Origin: Rhizodiscina lignyota
Lineage: Eukaryota
Length of the DNA stretch: 64,000 bases
Assembly (NCBI GenBank): GCA_010015805.1
Contig: ML978136.1
Span: 124,001 to 188,000, forward strand
Reading direction: 5' to 3'
Positions 11,314-24,244 of this stretch are shown in pieces. Positions within the stretch are counted from its first letter, which is position 1. The number at the start of each line of letters is the position of its first letter. The notes beneath the pieces are model-generated. The model did no database searches, had not been told where the DNA came from, and saw only the letters and a list, made by a program, of their open reading frames with translations. The position numbers and the translations under genes were made by a program.

Positions 11314-12794
11314 ATGGTTCGCGGCTTGGTCGTGCTCGGCGGCAGCTCCCATCCGCAGCTCACGGAGACGATATGCAACCACCTAGGCATTCCGCCCGCG
11401 AAGGCGCTGCTGGCCAAATTCTCTGTCGGCGAGACGCGCGTCGAGATTGAGGAGTCTGTGCGTGGGAAGGATGTCTTCATCCTCCAATCCGGCGGTGGGA
11501 AAGTCAATGACCACCTGATGGAGATGCTGATCATGGTGTCGGCATGCAAGACCGCCTCGGCGAGGAGGGTCACGGTTGTCCTGCCATTGTTCCCATACTC
11601 GAGGCAGAGTGATATTCCTTATAACAAGACAGGTGCGCCGTTGACCAAGGGACCGGCACAGGCGCAGCTGAAGGCGGACTACACATTCAACAGCAGACCG
11701 CAGACACCGTATCCCGGACAGGCGAATGCTTCTCACCACCATCACGGTCATCAACATAACAATGGCTCGAATGGCCTGCACAAATCGTTCAGTAGGATGC
11801 AGATAGAGGATCTAGACAATGGCATCACGCCGCGAAGAAAGGACACTCTTGACTCGGTCAAGTCCGAAAAGTCAGACAAGGGAGACTACTTCGGCGAGAG
11901 CAAGCTCCATCACAGCACCTCGTCGTCGTCGATGCAAATCAATGGAATCGGCACCGAAGCGGGTACACACTCGAATTCGCAATACTCTTCACAGCCGCCA
12001 CCATTCGAGCCGCAGCGCGGGTATAAGCAGTGGGTTGCGCAAGCCGGCACACTCGTTGCCGACCTGGTGACGTGTGCTGGTGCCGATCATGTTATCACAA
12101 TGGACTTGCACGACCCGCAATATCAGGGCTTCTTTGATATTCCGGTGGACAATTTGTACGGGAGACACCTCCTGAGGAAGTACATCCAGTACCAGATCCC
12201 GAACTACCAACAGGCAGTCATCGTGAGCCCGGATGCAGGCGGTGCGAAACGTGCAACGGCTATTGCTGACCAGTTGGGAATGCCGTTCGCACTGATCCAC
12301 AAGGTAAAGCGTGCACACATAGAGACGCAAGTCCGCACTAAATCCTCTCCTCAGGAGCGCCGACCCACGCAAATCACAGACCGGCAGAACGCGACCATGA
12401 TGCTTGTCGGCGATGTCGCGAATCGCACGGCCATTCTCATCGACGACTTGGCTGACACGTCCAACACCATCACGCGTGCCGCGAAGCTGCTGAAGAAGGA
12501 GGGTGCAATGACAGTGTACGCGCTGGTGACGCATGGAGTATTGTCTGGTGATGCTATCGAGCGTATCAACGCAAGCGCACTGGATAAGGTCGTGGTGACG
12601 AATAGTGTGGATCAGGCAGAAAACAAGAGAAAATGCCCGAAGCTGGAGGTGCTCGAAGTCGGGAACGTCTTTGCTGAGGTGAGTGAAACAGTACTACTGA
12701 GACGGGTTCGTCTCCGTTAACGGATCCATACGAACAGGCAATTCGGAGAGTTCACCATGGTGAGAGCATCAGCGTGCTCTTCCACTACGACTAG
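11314..12794 (+). CDS. PRS5: Ribose-phosphate pyrophosphokinase (PRPP synthetase), Prs5-type with long non-homologous insertion
   Basis: Motifs PLFPYSRQ, ITMDLHDPQ, VSPDAGGAKRA, LIDDLADTSNT; introns 12304-12354 and 12679-12737; last exon AIRRVHHGESISVLFHYD* ends 12794. Confidence 0.93.
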
Positions 12795-15204
12795 GACTAG
12801 ACGATAGAACGGAGGGAGACTTGGATGGATTAGAACGCAGCTTAAAATTGGGCGGCCGACATGATTTCCCTTGCATCAACTACAACACCACCGCGCACTG
12901 CGCACTTGCATAACGGCCACTCCAGTTTTGAGGGTAGTTCTCTCGGATGGCGGCATGGCGTAAAACCGGAGGCGGATTTTCCTTCTTTGCACATTATTGT
13001 AGCGAACAGCGATCATGCAGCCTAAACTTTGGGCTTTATTCAAAGTGTTTGATAGAAGGATAGAGAGGGGTTGACTATGAGTGAGGTCATCTACACCCAC
13101 AACCTTAAACCATAATGTAGAGATCCAAGCGCGTATCCATGCTGTAGAGCACGGAGAGTACGTATTTTGGGAATCCTGAGATGAGACATAGAGTGGGGGA
13201 ACTAGTTAATCAAGATCAAGAGATGTGAAAGCGTCAAAGTTTCAGATAGAAAAGAGATGAAACACTGTGTTTATCTTTAATGTATCTCACTTGTTCAGCG
13301 GGCATTGCCCACGTTAGGACGACTGGATTCGGATATCGTTCCTCGGGCATCCTTCCATGAAGTTGAAGGTCTGGCAAGTCTCTCGGGACGGCAGTGCAGT
13401 CCTCTCACTGCCGATATTGAAATTGGCTGATAAGATAATAGCCATTTACTTTATGTTTCATATGAGGAGCAATCTTAGGGACATTGGAAGGCACGCTGAC
13501 AACAATGCGGACATTGTTCTAAAGAGCCCTAAGCCCTTGAAGTCTGCTTTACCTAAGCCCTGGACGTGCCGCTTGCGGAAAGCACTGCAGGATTGATTGC
13601 GCAAGTCCCGCCAGGTCCCCATGAGACGAAGCCACTGACAGGTGCGATTTTCACGGGTCGCTGCAGGCACAGAGAGGTGGATTTTGGCAGAATGGCAGAC
13701 CGCTGCCGTCATCGCAGGCCACAAGCAATTAATCCAGCACTCTTATGCGTCAGAAGCGCGGGAGGAGGAGGCGATTGGAGCGTTTTGTTTCATTGTTTGA
13801 TTTGAAGCAGCACTGGCACCTGCACGAGCTTTGGAGAGGTCCCCACGCCCCGCCGGCGCGATGGCTCGCCTGTCAGTTGAGGCGGCCATGGCGGAGGCGG
13901 TGCTGTAAGGGCAGCCGGCCCCTGCGTTGCAAGCGCCATCCATGTGGTGTGGCAGCTAAGGTCCAGAAGGCGGGACCAAGAGAGGAGCAGTTTGATTAGA
14001 GATTGGCGATGGCAGATTCTTTTGCTCGGCGAAACAAAAACCGCGAGGGCACTGCTTGCGAGGATTGAGATGAGATGGTCTGATGAGATGAAATTCGACG
14101 AGCCGGCAACAAAGAAACGGGCCGGAAGACACGAGGAGGGCACGAGGCAAGGGACGACTGAAAGAGGCTCGCGACCGAGTGATCGGCGATTTCTAGACCG
14201 GCGAAGAACTTTGTCTGGTGTTTTGTGCGAAAATAGTACTGTAGAGCTCGGATGAGCAGTTATGTGCGCGTTCTTCGTGCAGCAGGAGGAGCTGCTTCCA
14301 TGAGAGATGAATGGTGGACTAGGGAGACGTCTTACGCATTGCGGTGCTCGCTAACGTGAATTGGCATTCCTCGATAGTTGCATGTCAAGCAGAATCTATC
14401 GAATTCGATGCTGGGTGGGCTGCTGCAGTGCTGGGATTGGAGAATTGTCCGTCGTGCGTCTGCAGCGGTGCGCGTTGCTTCGCTTCACCGCGACGCACGA
14501 CGGGCTGTCAGGAGCGCTTGAACACATATCTCAACGCGCTCTCGCAGCTCGTGGAAGGGCACAGCAGCGCTTGTGTTGTCTGTACGCTCTCTGTCTGTGC
14601 GAAGGAGATTTGGCGTGCTCTTCCTTGTCAGAGTCTCAGAGAAGTTAGGACAAAGCCTGCACCCCGGCCGCGCCCAGATAGCGCGGGCCTTCTGGGCGGA
14701 GTGGCCCTGCTTCCGTCCTTCTCACCACCTCATCGCTCTCCCTCCTAATACAACACCACTGCTCCCGCTTCGCCTTCACCACCACCGCTTCTTCTGCAGC
14801 CGCCCGCCTTTTGTGCAACCCGCTCTGCAGATTGCACCGTCGCTCGTTACATTCTCCGCCCGGCCGAGGCCTTTTCCATTTCCTTCACCTCCTTCGCCGC
14901 GCGTTCTATCCGCAACCCAAATCCGAAGCGCCGGTACCCTCTCCTAACTTCCAACTACTTCTCGGCACTGCGACATCGCTCCGACCATTCTCTTCGCCGC
15001 CGCATTTTCGATCTGCATGTTGTGTTTCTCGCTCGCCGATCTGTGAGAGCATATCTCCCGACCAGCGTCCGGGTTTCAGGACCGTTCTTGCAGCCAACGA
15101 CGGGTTGAGCGTGCGCCTTGTCGGGAAGCACCCGAGTTGATCGGCATTCGCATTGACCTCTCCCATTTCATTATCTTCGACACCTTCGCTTCACTTCGTT
15201 CACC

Positions 15205-16694
15205 ATGGCCATGGAGATGTTCAGAGGTGTGTGCTGATAACGATAGCCTTTGGCCCCCATTTGCGTCTTACTGACGGCATGACAGAATCCTCTCCATCGC
15301 TACCTTTTCTCTTCCGCCGCTGCGTGCAATGTCCAAATACGACACCTTCCTGCCCACAGTGTGCAGATGATGAGATATGCTCGCAGATCAGTCCGACTTG
15401 TCAGCAGTGCGCGTCGACACAGTGCGTGAAAGCCTCTGAATCGGGGGCCACGAACAATGGCCAAGTCAGCAGCTCAGGTGGTGGGACGAATATCGGCGCA
15501 ATAGCAGGCGGTGTCGTCGGTGGTGTCGTCTTCATTATCATTGTCGCCTTCTTGATATGGAAATTCTGGCTGAAGGGGAAGCGACGCCCGATCGAGACCG
15601 TCGAGGACTACGAATTCACGCAGGAGAAGCCCGCCAACGAGGACTTTGGCATGCACAGGAGCGCCCGTGCATCGACACATACGGTCCAGTCAATGGCGTC
15701 GACGGTCCTGACAAGAGCAAGCAACATCATTCAAATTGCGTATATTCCCGGCGTGACGAACCGATCCACAGCGTCACCAGGCCTACTGGTGCCTCCTGTT
15801 CCTCCAATTCCATCAGCTACTCCAGGATCATCGCCATACAGAGACACTGCCGATGGCGAACAAGTCTTCTTCACTGCTGGCGATATACGTGACTCCACAT
15901 ATTCGGGCATGACAGGTTACTCTGGTGTTGAACGAGACTCAATCGCGCCTTCACTCGCTCGCTCATCCGTCGCAACGACCATATACCGTTCTCAGGCTCA
16001 AGTCTCGCCTCTTCCTGCACCGACGCAGACGATGATTCGTGGCAAAGCGGCCGTCGTCAGTGTCAACAAGGGCAATTCCTCGAGCGGATCATCTACGATA
16101 AATACACCAGCAGACACCCCTCCGGTCCCGCAAATCGACTTTGTGAAACATGCGGCCGCTGGCACATCTGGACCGAGAACAGTTCAAGTCAAAATGCCAA
16201 CATCTACTGACGCCCTCGGAGGCCCTAGCCCATCGAACAGCGTTAAGACTGTTACCATTGGTGCAAAGGCTGTTCCTCTGAACATTGTCAAGCGACCGGG
16301 CATGGGCAGCAAGAAGAGCAGCTCAGAAGCCGTCCCCGTCACCACGACGATCGCAGAAGCCGTCTCAATGGCCGCATCCGAGTCACCCAAGGGCCTCGGC
16401 CTGCGCCAGTCCTCGACCACTGCCACGTCTGAGGCTACTCACGACCGGGCGAGGAGGATCGACGAAACTGCCACTGAGGATGATAGCAGCGACGAGGACA
16501 CTTCTGACCATGAGAGGAGTCGGCGCAGCCTGCTTGGCAAGGAAAGCACGCAGAGCCCATTTGGCGACAGTAACCGCGTGCATAGCTCGGAAGTGACGCC
16601 AACGCTGAGCAACACGAAGGGCAAGCAGCCCGCCATGCAAGACGAGGATGGACGGAATCAGAGCCCGTTCGAGGACTCGAATGCTGTCGAGTAA
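15205..16694 (+). CDS. OPY2: Opy2 membrane anchor (HOG/osmosensing signalling)
   Basis: ATG 15205, intron 15227-15285; 8-Cys domain CVQCPNTTPSCPQCADDEICSQISPTCQQCASTQC, TM IGAIAGGVVGGVVFIIIVAFLIW, conserved TRASNIIQIAYIPGV. Confidence 0.88.
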
Positions 16695-17857
16695 GCGGTG
16701 TTAAGGAGTTTACCCATATAGTTTGTAAATGTGGGGTTGGATGGACATATTGATGGCGTTGGATATGGACATGAGACTTACAAAAGGGCGATTTTGTCGA
16801 CGAACGACCTGATGGCAGCGTTGGAATCTGAGCGGAGGTGTATACGTACGCCCGAGATGCTCAATTTCTTAGGACTCGATAAGAATTTACAAAGCTTCTG
16901 TGTATTTACTTTGTCATGGAATGACATGAATTGATCATTTCTGGTTAAGGCGGGCTGCCGTAGAACAATTGGAGATCGCGTACTTGAGAGCAAAGTGACA
17001 CCCCGACATCGCTTGCCCCGCTGTAAGTAAGTAGAAGACTCTTATACATGTGCCATTTCAATTCCGAAGAAATACCAATCATTATCACAAAATCTCTCAT
17101 TTCTATCTACTGCTCCTAAGCCGGCTTAACAGAGTGGAAGCTGACCCACTTCTGCAAATGTCAAGAAGGCTGCTGAATTTTTCACGCAGATGACCAATCA
17201 ACCTTGCGCTTTTCATTTACAACGCTTCCATTGTCCTGGTCCTTGATGGTGAGAATGCCAAGACTCACGATGTTGAGAGCCAGGAGGGCCTTATCACGTT
17301 CCTCTTCCCTTCTCAATCACAAGATTTCATTTTCAACGGTCCATCAATTTTTGTGACAGCATGTACAAACTCGTTCAACACGTGTCGTAATGAATACCTT
17401 TTCAATTTAACTGTTGTGACTGGTGGGTTCGAAAAACATTCGCGTGGGTGGTTCGCCTTGTGCCTTGGGTACCGTGGCCCACGAACAAACTTTCAACGTT
17501 TAGACCTAAAATTCAGAGCTTCTAGTCCAAGGGCAGTGATCGCTGGCGCAAATAAGTTCTATCCCCTCCTGCTTTCCTCTCTCTTTCTACTACATCTCGC
17601 AGCCCAGAAGGATTCGCTCCACTATCACGTACAAAGCATTTCGCATCGAGCAACACAAAAACTCACTCATCTCAAGCACCTTATACTCTCAAGCAAAATC
17701 ACTGTTACCAGAACCTTGTCGAAAGTCTTCTCTGTAAACAACTAGATCTGCCACAGTAATTGCACACTACAAAGCGACACTCCCGGTTAGCGCATGCCGT
17801 CGCGCAACAACCATCAAACCAAGCAGAAATCCCTCAGCATCGACTTCAGCTTGCACA

Positions 17858-19231
17858 ATGCGCTATCGTTTGGGCCCTGTCTCCCTCCCGGTCGAGAGCA
17901 ACTCGACTGTGGATACGCACAACTTCCCCGATATCATCTTACTCCCCGACTCTACCGATTCTACCTGCAAGCACTTCATGTCACACTGGCGCATGCACCT
18001 TGAACTGCGTGCACCGAGTTCAGCAGAACTGCTGGATAAAAAGCTTAAAGATGACGGATTTCGGCTCTTCCGCCTTGACGGCAGCGCTTACGACTTAACA
18101 GCTTGTTGCGTCGGAAAAGCAGACACCCGCAGAGCAGCCGGCCTCGAACTCTCTCGGCGCTTTGCACATGAGGTTGTCGTCAATGAATGCGGCATCAAGT
18201 TCAAGGGAGCGTACTTCAACGTGTGGAGGTTCGCTGATATGAACCGCCTCCGGAAACAGCTTGCACACGTCAAGAGCTTGTATCTCTCGATCGAAGGAGC
18301 TTCCAGGCACCATGACATGGAAGCTAAAAGCGTACTGGAGGACAAGTACGTGAGAGTCAAGACTGGCGTCAACAACCTCGTCGAAATCATTGCCGAGAAA
18401 AAGCTTCAAAGCCTGCACATCAACTACCGATGGGAAAGGCTGCAGCGCCTCACGCTCAAGAAGGCCACGGGCACAATAATGCGCACTGTCAGGGAGTGCG
18501 CAAGCACCGAGCAGCACATCCGCGACATCCTCAAGCCCTTCCTCACCCTCCGCAACATCCCCGACGTCGCCATCTCTCTCACCTCGCAATCCCACGACTT
18601 CCTCCAACTCCGCCGCGAACAACAACTCTCTGGCGAGCCGACCCCCTCGTCTAGGCACAAAGTCAAGAAGCAGTGCAAACTGCGCAGAAGACTAGCAAAG
18701 GCCCACTCGGGCTACACCGCGGCAGAGGCGCTCGAAACCCAGAGCAAGCTCAACAAGGCGTACGAGCGCCTCTGCAAGCCGCGCACAGTAAACCCTAACC
18801 CGACACGCGCCGAGCTTCTCCTCCTCAAGCGCCGGCGCATGAAGGGCATCCACCCCCGCGTCGACACCATCCTCCGCCTTCCGCCCACCTCGGCGGAAGA
18901 ATTCGAGCGCCATTTCGACGACTTGCGTGCTTGTGCCGTGGCACGCATCCGGAGTGGCAGTCTGGTGACGGAGGAGAGGCCCTTGGCGGGTGAGTGGATG
19001 ATGGTGTTGGAGGCTGCGGAGGAGGTGGCAATGAGCTTGGTGGCGCCGGCAGCGCTGGAGGGAGAGGCGCTGGCGAAGGCGTGGAGGGCGTGTGAAGAAG
19101 GGGACATGGAGAAGTTGAGGAGGGCGGTGGGCGGATTGGCGACGTACTGGGCGGGGTTGGCGGGAGACGCGGAGGATGGCCCGCAGCATTGGAAGGAAGC
19201 TGTGGTGGCGCTATCGCTAGAATTAGAGTAG
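17858..19231 (+). CDS. Hypothetical protein, 457 aa (no recognised domain)
   Basis: Long ATG-initiated ORF with coding-like codon bias; segment LQSLHINY...ILKPFLTLRNIPDVAI resembles fungal F-box-associated hypothetical proteins. Confidence 0.65.
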   Translation: MRYRLGPVSLPVESNSTVDTHNFPDIILLPDSTDSTCKHFMSHWRMHLELRAPSSAELLDKKLKDDGFRLFRLDGSAYDLTACCVGKADTRRAAGLELSRRFAHEVVVNECGIKFKGAYFNVWRFADMNRLRKQLAHVKSLYLSIEGASRHHDMEAKSVLEDKYVRVKTGVNNLVEIIAEKKLQSLHINYRWERLQRLTLKKATGTIMRTVRECASTEQHIRDILKPFLTLRNIPDVAISLTSQSHDFLQLRREQQLSGEPTPSSRHKVKKQCKLRRRLAKAHSGYTAAEALETQSKLNKAYERLCKPRTVNPNPTRAELLLLKRRRMKGIHPRVDTILRLPPTSAEEFERHFDDLRACAVARIRSGSLVTEERPLAGEWMMVLEAAEEVAMSLVAPAALEGEALAKAWRACEEGDMEKLRRAVGGLATYWAGLAGDAEDGPQHWKEAVVALSLELE

Positions 19232-19954
19232 ATTGATTGATGATGTTCATGTTGAAGTTCACCGAGTATGTTCGTCCTGTTTGTCGAGAGCCCGCGCGGG
19301 TTCAAAGTGATGCTGTTCCGGCTGGGCGAACATGGTAGAAGAATTTGTGTTTAAAGATATGAACGATGCTTGAATAGCTGCGTAAACTTCGCGGAAGAAA
19401 CGTCTTCTAAATTGGAATTGATGCTTAAGCAACCGCGTGAACTCGTCAGAAGAAAACTCATCTACAATGATACCAATGCTCCGCAGTGTGCGCAGGTTTG
19501 AAAGAATGGCATGGCTTCCGTCTACCTTACAAGGGAGGTCAAACCTCTGAGACCAGTCACGGAGCTGGAGAACAGCGTACGATATTTGCCTGAAATGGAA
19601 TTTCAGCAACGTCCAATTTAGGATCGTCGTACGAAGCAGATATCAAATCCATCATGGTGGCACACCACTGGCGCTTACTAATGACCCCTTTTCAACCATC
19701 GTGAGTGAACGCCAGGGACGCTTGAGTGGTCGGACGCCTCCGCGGGCGTGTGAAACTCACTCGTGAGATACAAGCTCTTTCGTATCCCATAAAGGCAAAC
19801 GCTTCAAGTAACGAGGTACGCATTCAACTCGATCATCTGCTGAAGCTTTAAATCTCGCAATGTCTCTCCTTGATGATTCTACTGTCAGTCCTAATCACGT
19901 CTGCGCTTCAATATCTTGTCACACTCATTTGATAAACCTACCAAGCTACAAAAC

Positions 19955-20444
19955 ATGAAGCAAACCATGCTCCTCGCAGCTATCCTCACCTTCGGCACCT
20001 TGGCCTCCGCCGAGATCATCTTCCTCGCCAGCTGCAGCGCTGCTCAAAATGGCAATTTCTTCGGCCTCTCAGCCGCAGTATACTATGCCAATAACCCGAG
20101 CGGAGAGGTGAATCCAGACCCCGACAACATTGGCGTCAGGGGATCCGACAATAGTATTTGGTTCAACGATCCGGAGGGCTGGACTATCTTCCCCGCTACT
20201 AGAGAGGCCTTCGTCCTGAATGGCCTTGATCAGTCCGTTACGAACGTCGGCGGCGTGGCAGGTTCCGGGATTAATGGACAGAAGCACTATACGTGTATGA
20301 GGGATACTGGAGGCGCGTTGTTTAATAATGGCTTTCTGAGCTGCAACAAGGAGTTCTACTGCCAGCCGGTACGTAAACAGAGGCCCTTTGGATCTGCTCC
20401 ATTGGCAGTGCAAAGGGCAGCTACTAACGAGATTCTAGTCGTAA
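19955..20444 (+). CDS. Small secreted cysteine-containing protein, 139 aa (candidate effector)
   Basis: ATG 19955, signal peptide MKQTMLLAAILTFGTLASA; intron 20369-20438 (GTACGT...CTAAC...TAG) leaves a TCG TAA terminal exon; 4 Cys in the mature part. Confidence 0.78.
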
Positions 20445-20653
20445 ATACATCGAGAGTCCTCTCTGGAAATCATCAGCCTTGGAAAGGGGATGCAATTGGC
20501 CGAAAGAGGCATATGGAGTTGAAAAGCATGCGGGTATGACGAAAGGAGAGCTCCACGACTATCGAGCAACCTTTTGATTGCCTTGCCAAGAGATCCTGTA
20601 TGGTAGCTGCCAATTCATCCGACTTTTGGCTGCCTTGATTTCGATACTGTTGG

Positions 20654-23600
20654 TCAGACAATTCCTGTATGTCCAAATGCCTTGATGACGTCCTGATCCA
20701 CATTCGCCAACCACTCCTCTTGGAACACTTTCTCTCCTCCACAAATCGCAACTGCCTGCTGTAACCTCTCCCTCACGAATGTGATTAGGTTGACAGTGTG
20801 AATCGGGTCGGTGGCGCTGAGCTGTGTGCGCCTGCCGTCTTCCGGCGCAGGAGGTCCGAAGACCGAGTCTTCTGGGATTGGGGGAGATGTCCAGACAAGG
20901 GAGCTGGTGGGTGCATTGTGAGTTGTTGTGATATTAACAGAAGCTGGACTTTGATTGAACTTACTCGATGCTCTTGTCCTCCACACCCTCAGTAAGTTCC
21001 ATCACCATATCCGTCCAAATTATAATCAGATCGTGCAACTTGCCCAACATCCACGGTGCGCCACCTTCCAGCAATCTCGTCAAGGCCAGTGCCATAAGCT
21101 TCCTTCTTCCGGGATCTCCGATGTTCTCGAAGTGGCTGAACCATTCTTCGAGGAGCCATTTCATTTCACCTTCAATTGTATCACTCTCAGCAGCGTTAAC
21201 CTGCGCAACCGCTTCCAACAATATCGACGGCGACGCAAAACCGACTCTTGCAAGCACCGAGAAGTAGTCCGTCTCGACAACTCCATCAACAAGGGCGTCA
21301 AAACTCTTTGGGCCAGTCGTCTGATGTGCGATCCAACTACCTCGCAGGCCATCTTCGTTAAGCAGGCGGAGGAAGAAACCCGCCAAAGCCATCTCCCCAA
21401 CGAGCACGCGCACGCCATCTTCACCTCCGAGGCCCTCCGTAGCTCGTACAACCATCTCGATCAAGTTCGTCAGATACCCGCTTGCTTCAGCCTTGAGATT
21501 TCCCATCAAATCAGTTACTACACGTAGGAATTCGCGGCGGAAGTCAGGCGCAAGGATGGTCGAAGGTGAGAGGAGGAGATAAGATTCCGTGATCTCGATT
21601 GTGCGGCGCAATGTTTCTGTGCCTAGCGCAAAGATCGGAATAAGATAGTTTGACAGTGACAGAAGATCTGCTGATGCAGAATTGTCAGGCGTTTGCACCA
21701 AGACGGCATGCCAGAGATCCAGGGCATCGTCGAGCAGGTAAACCTGTGTTTCCGAGCCTGGTTCGACAGCTCCTTTGATGATTGGTAGGACGAGGGGGTG
21801 GTATGGTCGTGATTCTGCTTTCATGGCGTTGATAAGGCGAGCGAGGATGGTCAGGATAGACTGCTTCATAAGATGCTCCTCGCCGGACTGCTCCCACAGT
21901 GGAGGAAGCAGTGAGACTATCCGCTCGGCATAAGGTGTGATGTTGTGCTCAAGACGTTCGACAATTACGCTGATAGTGTTCAATAGCGCTAGCTTAGTTT
22001 CCGACAGGTCCACCTCTTCAATGAGAGCCATAAGTTGAGAGAGTGTGTCCGAAGCGTATGGCATGAAGTTCTCAGCTTTGAACTCCCAGTCGTCTGCGAT
22101 ATGCTTGAAATGGCGACCTGCAGTTACGCGCACAACCTGGTCGTTGAGAGGATCGTCTTTGTTCAGCAAGTGCTGAAATATCTGGTAGACAAGTGGTTTG
22201 CTTTGATCGGACACCTTGACTGATATCCATTGACCAAGCACGATAGCGATACGGCGGCGGAGAATGTTGTACCCTGGAACTTGCTTCTGCACTTCTGGGA
22301 CCAATGTCGCGCTAATGAACCCGTCAAAATCGATCTGAGAATGGATGACAGCTGCTGCAAGTCCGAGGGCGGTGTAAACCGAATCCTTGAGCAAGACATC
22401 TTCATTTGCGGGGGTAGCGACGATGTTGAAGATATTAAGAAGGGGCTCGACGACGAGCATCTTGTAGTTGATCGCCAAGTCGAGAAACAGCTTCTCGGCG
22501 CACGGCCGAACGGAGAACTCGAATGTCTCACCCTCCCCATCTTGCATCCTCTCCCATTCCTCTGGCTCCTCTTCCCATTCCCGTAGATCACTCGCGCGGA
22601 AGACGAAGAAGCGTGTCACTACAACATCTGTCATCTCACGCACCAGCGAGTCTGTGAACAGCTGTGTCTTGACTGCTTCAATAGCCTGCTTCCTCTCCTC
22701 TTTCTCCTGTTCGTGTCGGTATTTGAAAGTTTGCGCAGGGTGGAAGACCATCTTCACGCAGGCTCGGATGATAAGTAGCCCTTTTAGAGCTAGTTGCTCC
22801 ATAAGCGGCTTCTCATCCTCATCGGCGTCTCCATCATTGCCAATCTTGGCTGAAGCTATGGGGGACTTAGAGCCAAAAGTCTCGCCAAACTTCGAGATAA
22901 GACCCCAGTAAGCTCGTACGAGATCAAGAGAATCAGGTAAGAGCACGAATGCTGCGGGATGTGTTTTTGCCATGTTGAGGTGGAGTTTGGCCAGCTGGAC
23001 AAGGTGCTTCTGCACCAATCGAATGACTTCAGGCGATATTGTAGATTGTTCGTTCGAAGCGATGCTCAGAAGATCCCCAAATTGGTTTCTAACGAGACGC
23101 CAAAATTCATGTACGTCTTTGTCTCGATTCGGAAACTCATAGCCTGCAATGAGAAGGCGCCTTATGACTTTGATAGCGAGTAAACTCTCTTGGATACTCT
23201 CGAATGCTCGACCTTCATCGTCTCCGCCTCCTTGCAGAAATGCTAGCCACTGCTGTACCCTATCGAAATAGATGCGCCCGAGTACGTGGAAAATTTCGGG
23301 TGTGACAGCCTGGAGGCTTGTTCGCGTCCGTTGTAATCGACCTGTCGCCAGCTCTTTGATGACGTGAAGAAGCATGAGTAGAGCACGTGGGAGATGTAGG
23401 CGATTTGCATTTGGTGAGACAGAAGACCGAAGGATGTCAACAAGGTTTGTGATTGCGTCAGGCCAGTCATTCGGATACTCGAACCTTACGATCTTGGCCG
23501 TGAGCAAGGCATTCTGAAGTGCGAGTCGCGTATCGGCCTCATTGACACCGGCCTCAAGTAATCGAGAGCGAATCTGAATTCGATCCTCCTTGTCAACGGC

Positions 23601-23867
23601 ATTTGTGGCAGTCTTCCTCCAGTACTTATCGATACCATTCTTCAGCTGGATAATGGCCAGATAGCGAACTTCTAGGGGAAGAGATTTGTCCAGGAACACA
23701 GCTTGCAGAAGGCTGTAGTAGCCTTTCTGCGTTTCCCATTGCTGAAGCTGCTTCGTGCCAGTTTGGATCTGATTCGGATCGCTTGAAGAAGCTGAAACTA
23801 AAACGTTGTAGAGAATTCGGTCCGTAAGAGGATTCACCTCGGCCGGGGCCTCTATCATAAAACTCAT
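20654..23867 (-). CDS. KAP120: Importin-11 / karyopherin Kap120
   Basis: IBN_N-like VRYLAIIQLKNGIDKYWRKT, RFEYPNDWP, DLREWEEEPEEW, ILRRRIAIVLGQW; intron 20904-20964; start MSFMIEAP at 23867. Confidence 0.92.
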
Positions 23868-24123
23868 CGTGGTTGCTGTGTTGAAGCTTGTAGAAGTAAA
23901 GAAAATTCGTAAAGTTAACGCGTAAAGATCATGATGCTTCACGGCAGCGACACCAGAAACGCCACGCTTAACACCGGAAAAGACTCTACCACGCGGAAGC
24001 TGAAAGAGATTCGTCCTTCACACGAAATTGCCAAACCCGGATTGATCACGTCCACGTCGTCATGCCTGCAGGGCGCAAAGAGCCTCACGGGAAAATCCGT
24101 GGCGCTTTGGCGATTCGGTAGGG

Positions 24124-24129
24124 CCGAGG
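24124..24129. promoter_or_regulatory. CCGAGG (FarA/FarB/Ctf1-type site) upstream of PEX2
   Basis: Exact hexamer ~115 bp before the PEX2 ATG, in the divergent KAP120/PEX2 intergenic region. Confidence 0.4.
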
Positions 24130-24244
24130 TTCGAGATAGAGAAATCTCCAACCACCTATACTCATCATGTCTCTTCGATTATACTCATAATAAATTAAGT
24201 CATTTTCTGTTCAGTCATTTCTCTCTGCTTCTCCTTCTCCGCCA

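Noticed and set aside
12679..12720. PRS ORF ending VSETVLLRRVRLR
   Set aside because: Read-through into an intron (GTGAGT); the true conserved C-terminus lies at 12738-12794
13357..15166. Many short overlapping ORFs upstream of OPY2
   Set aside because: No coherent gene model; consistent with a long promoter and 5' leader
17100..17745. Extended open frame (NLALFIYNASIVLVLDGENAK...)
   Set aside because: No ATG or credible exon structure and no recognisable family; at most a relic
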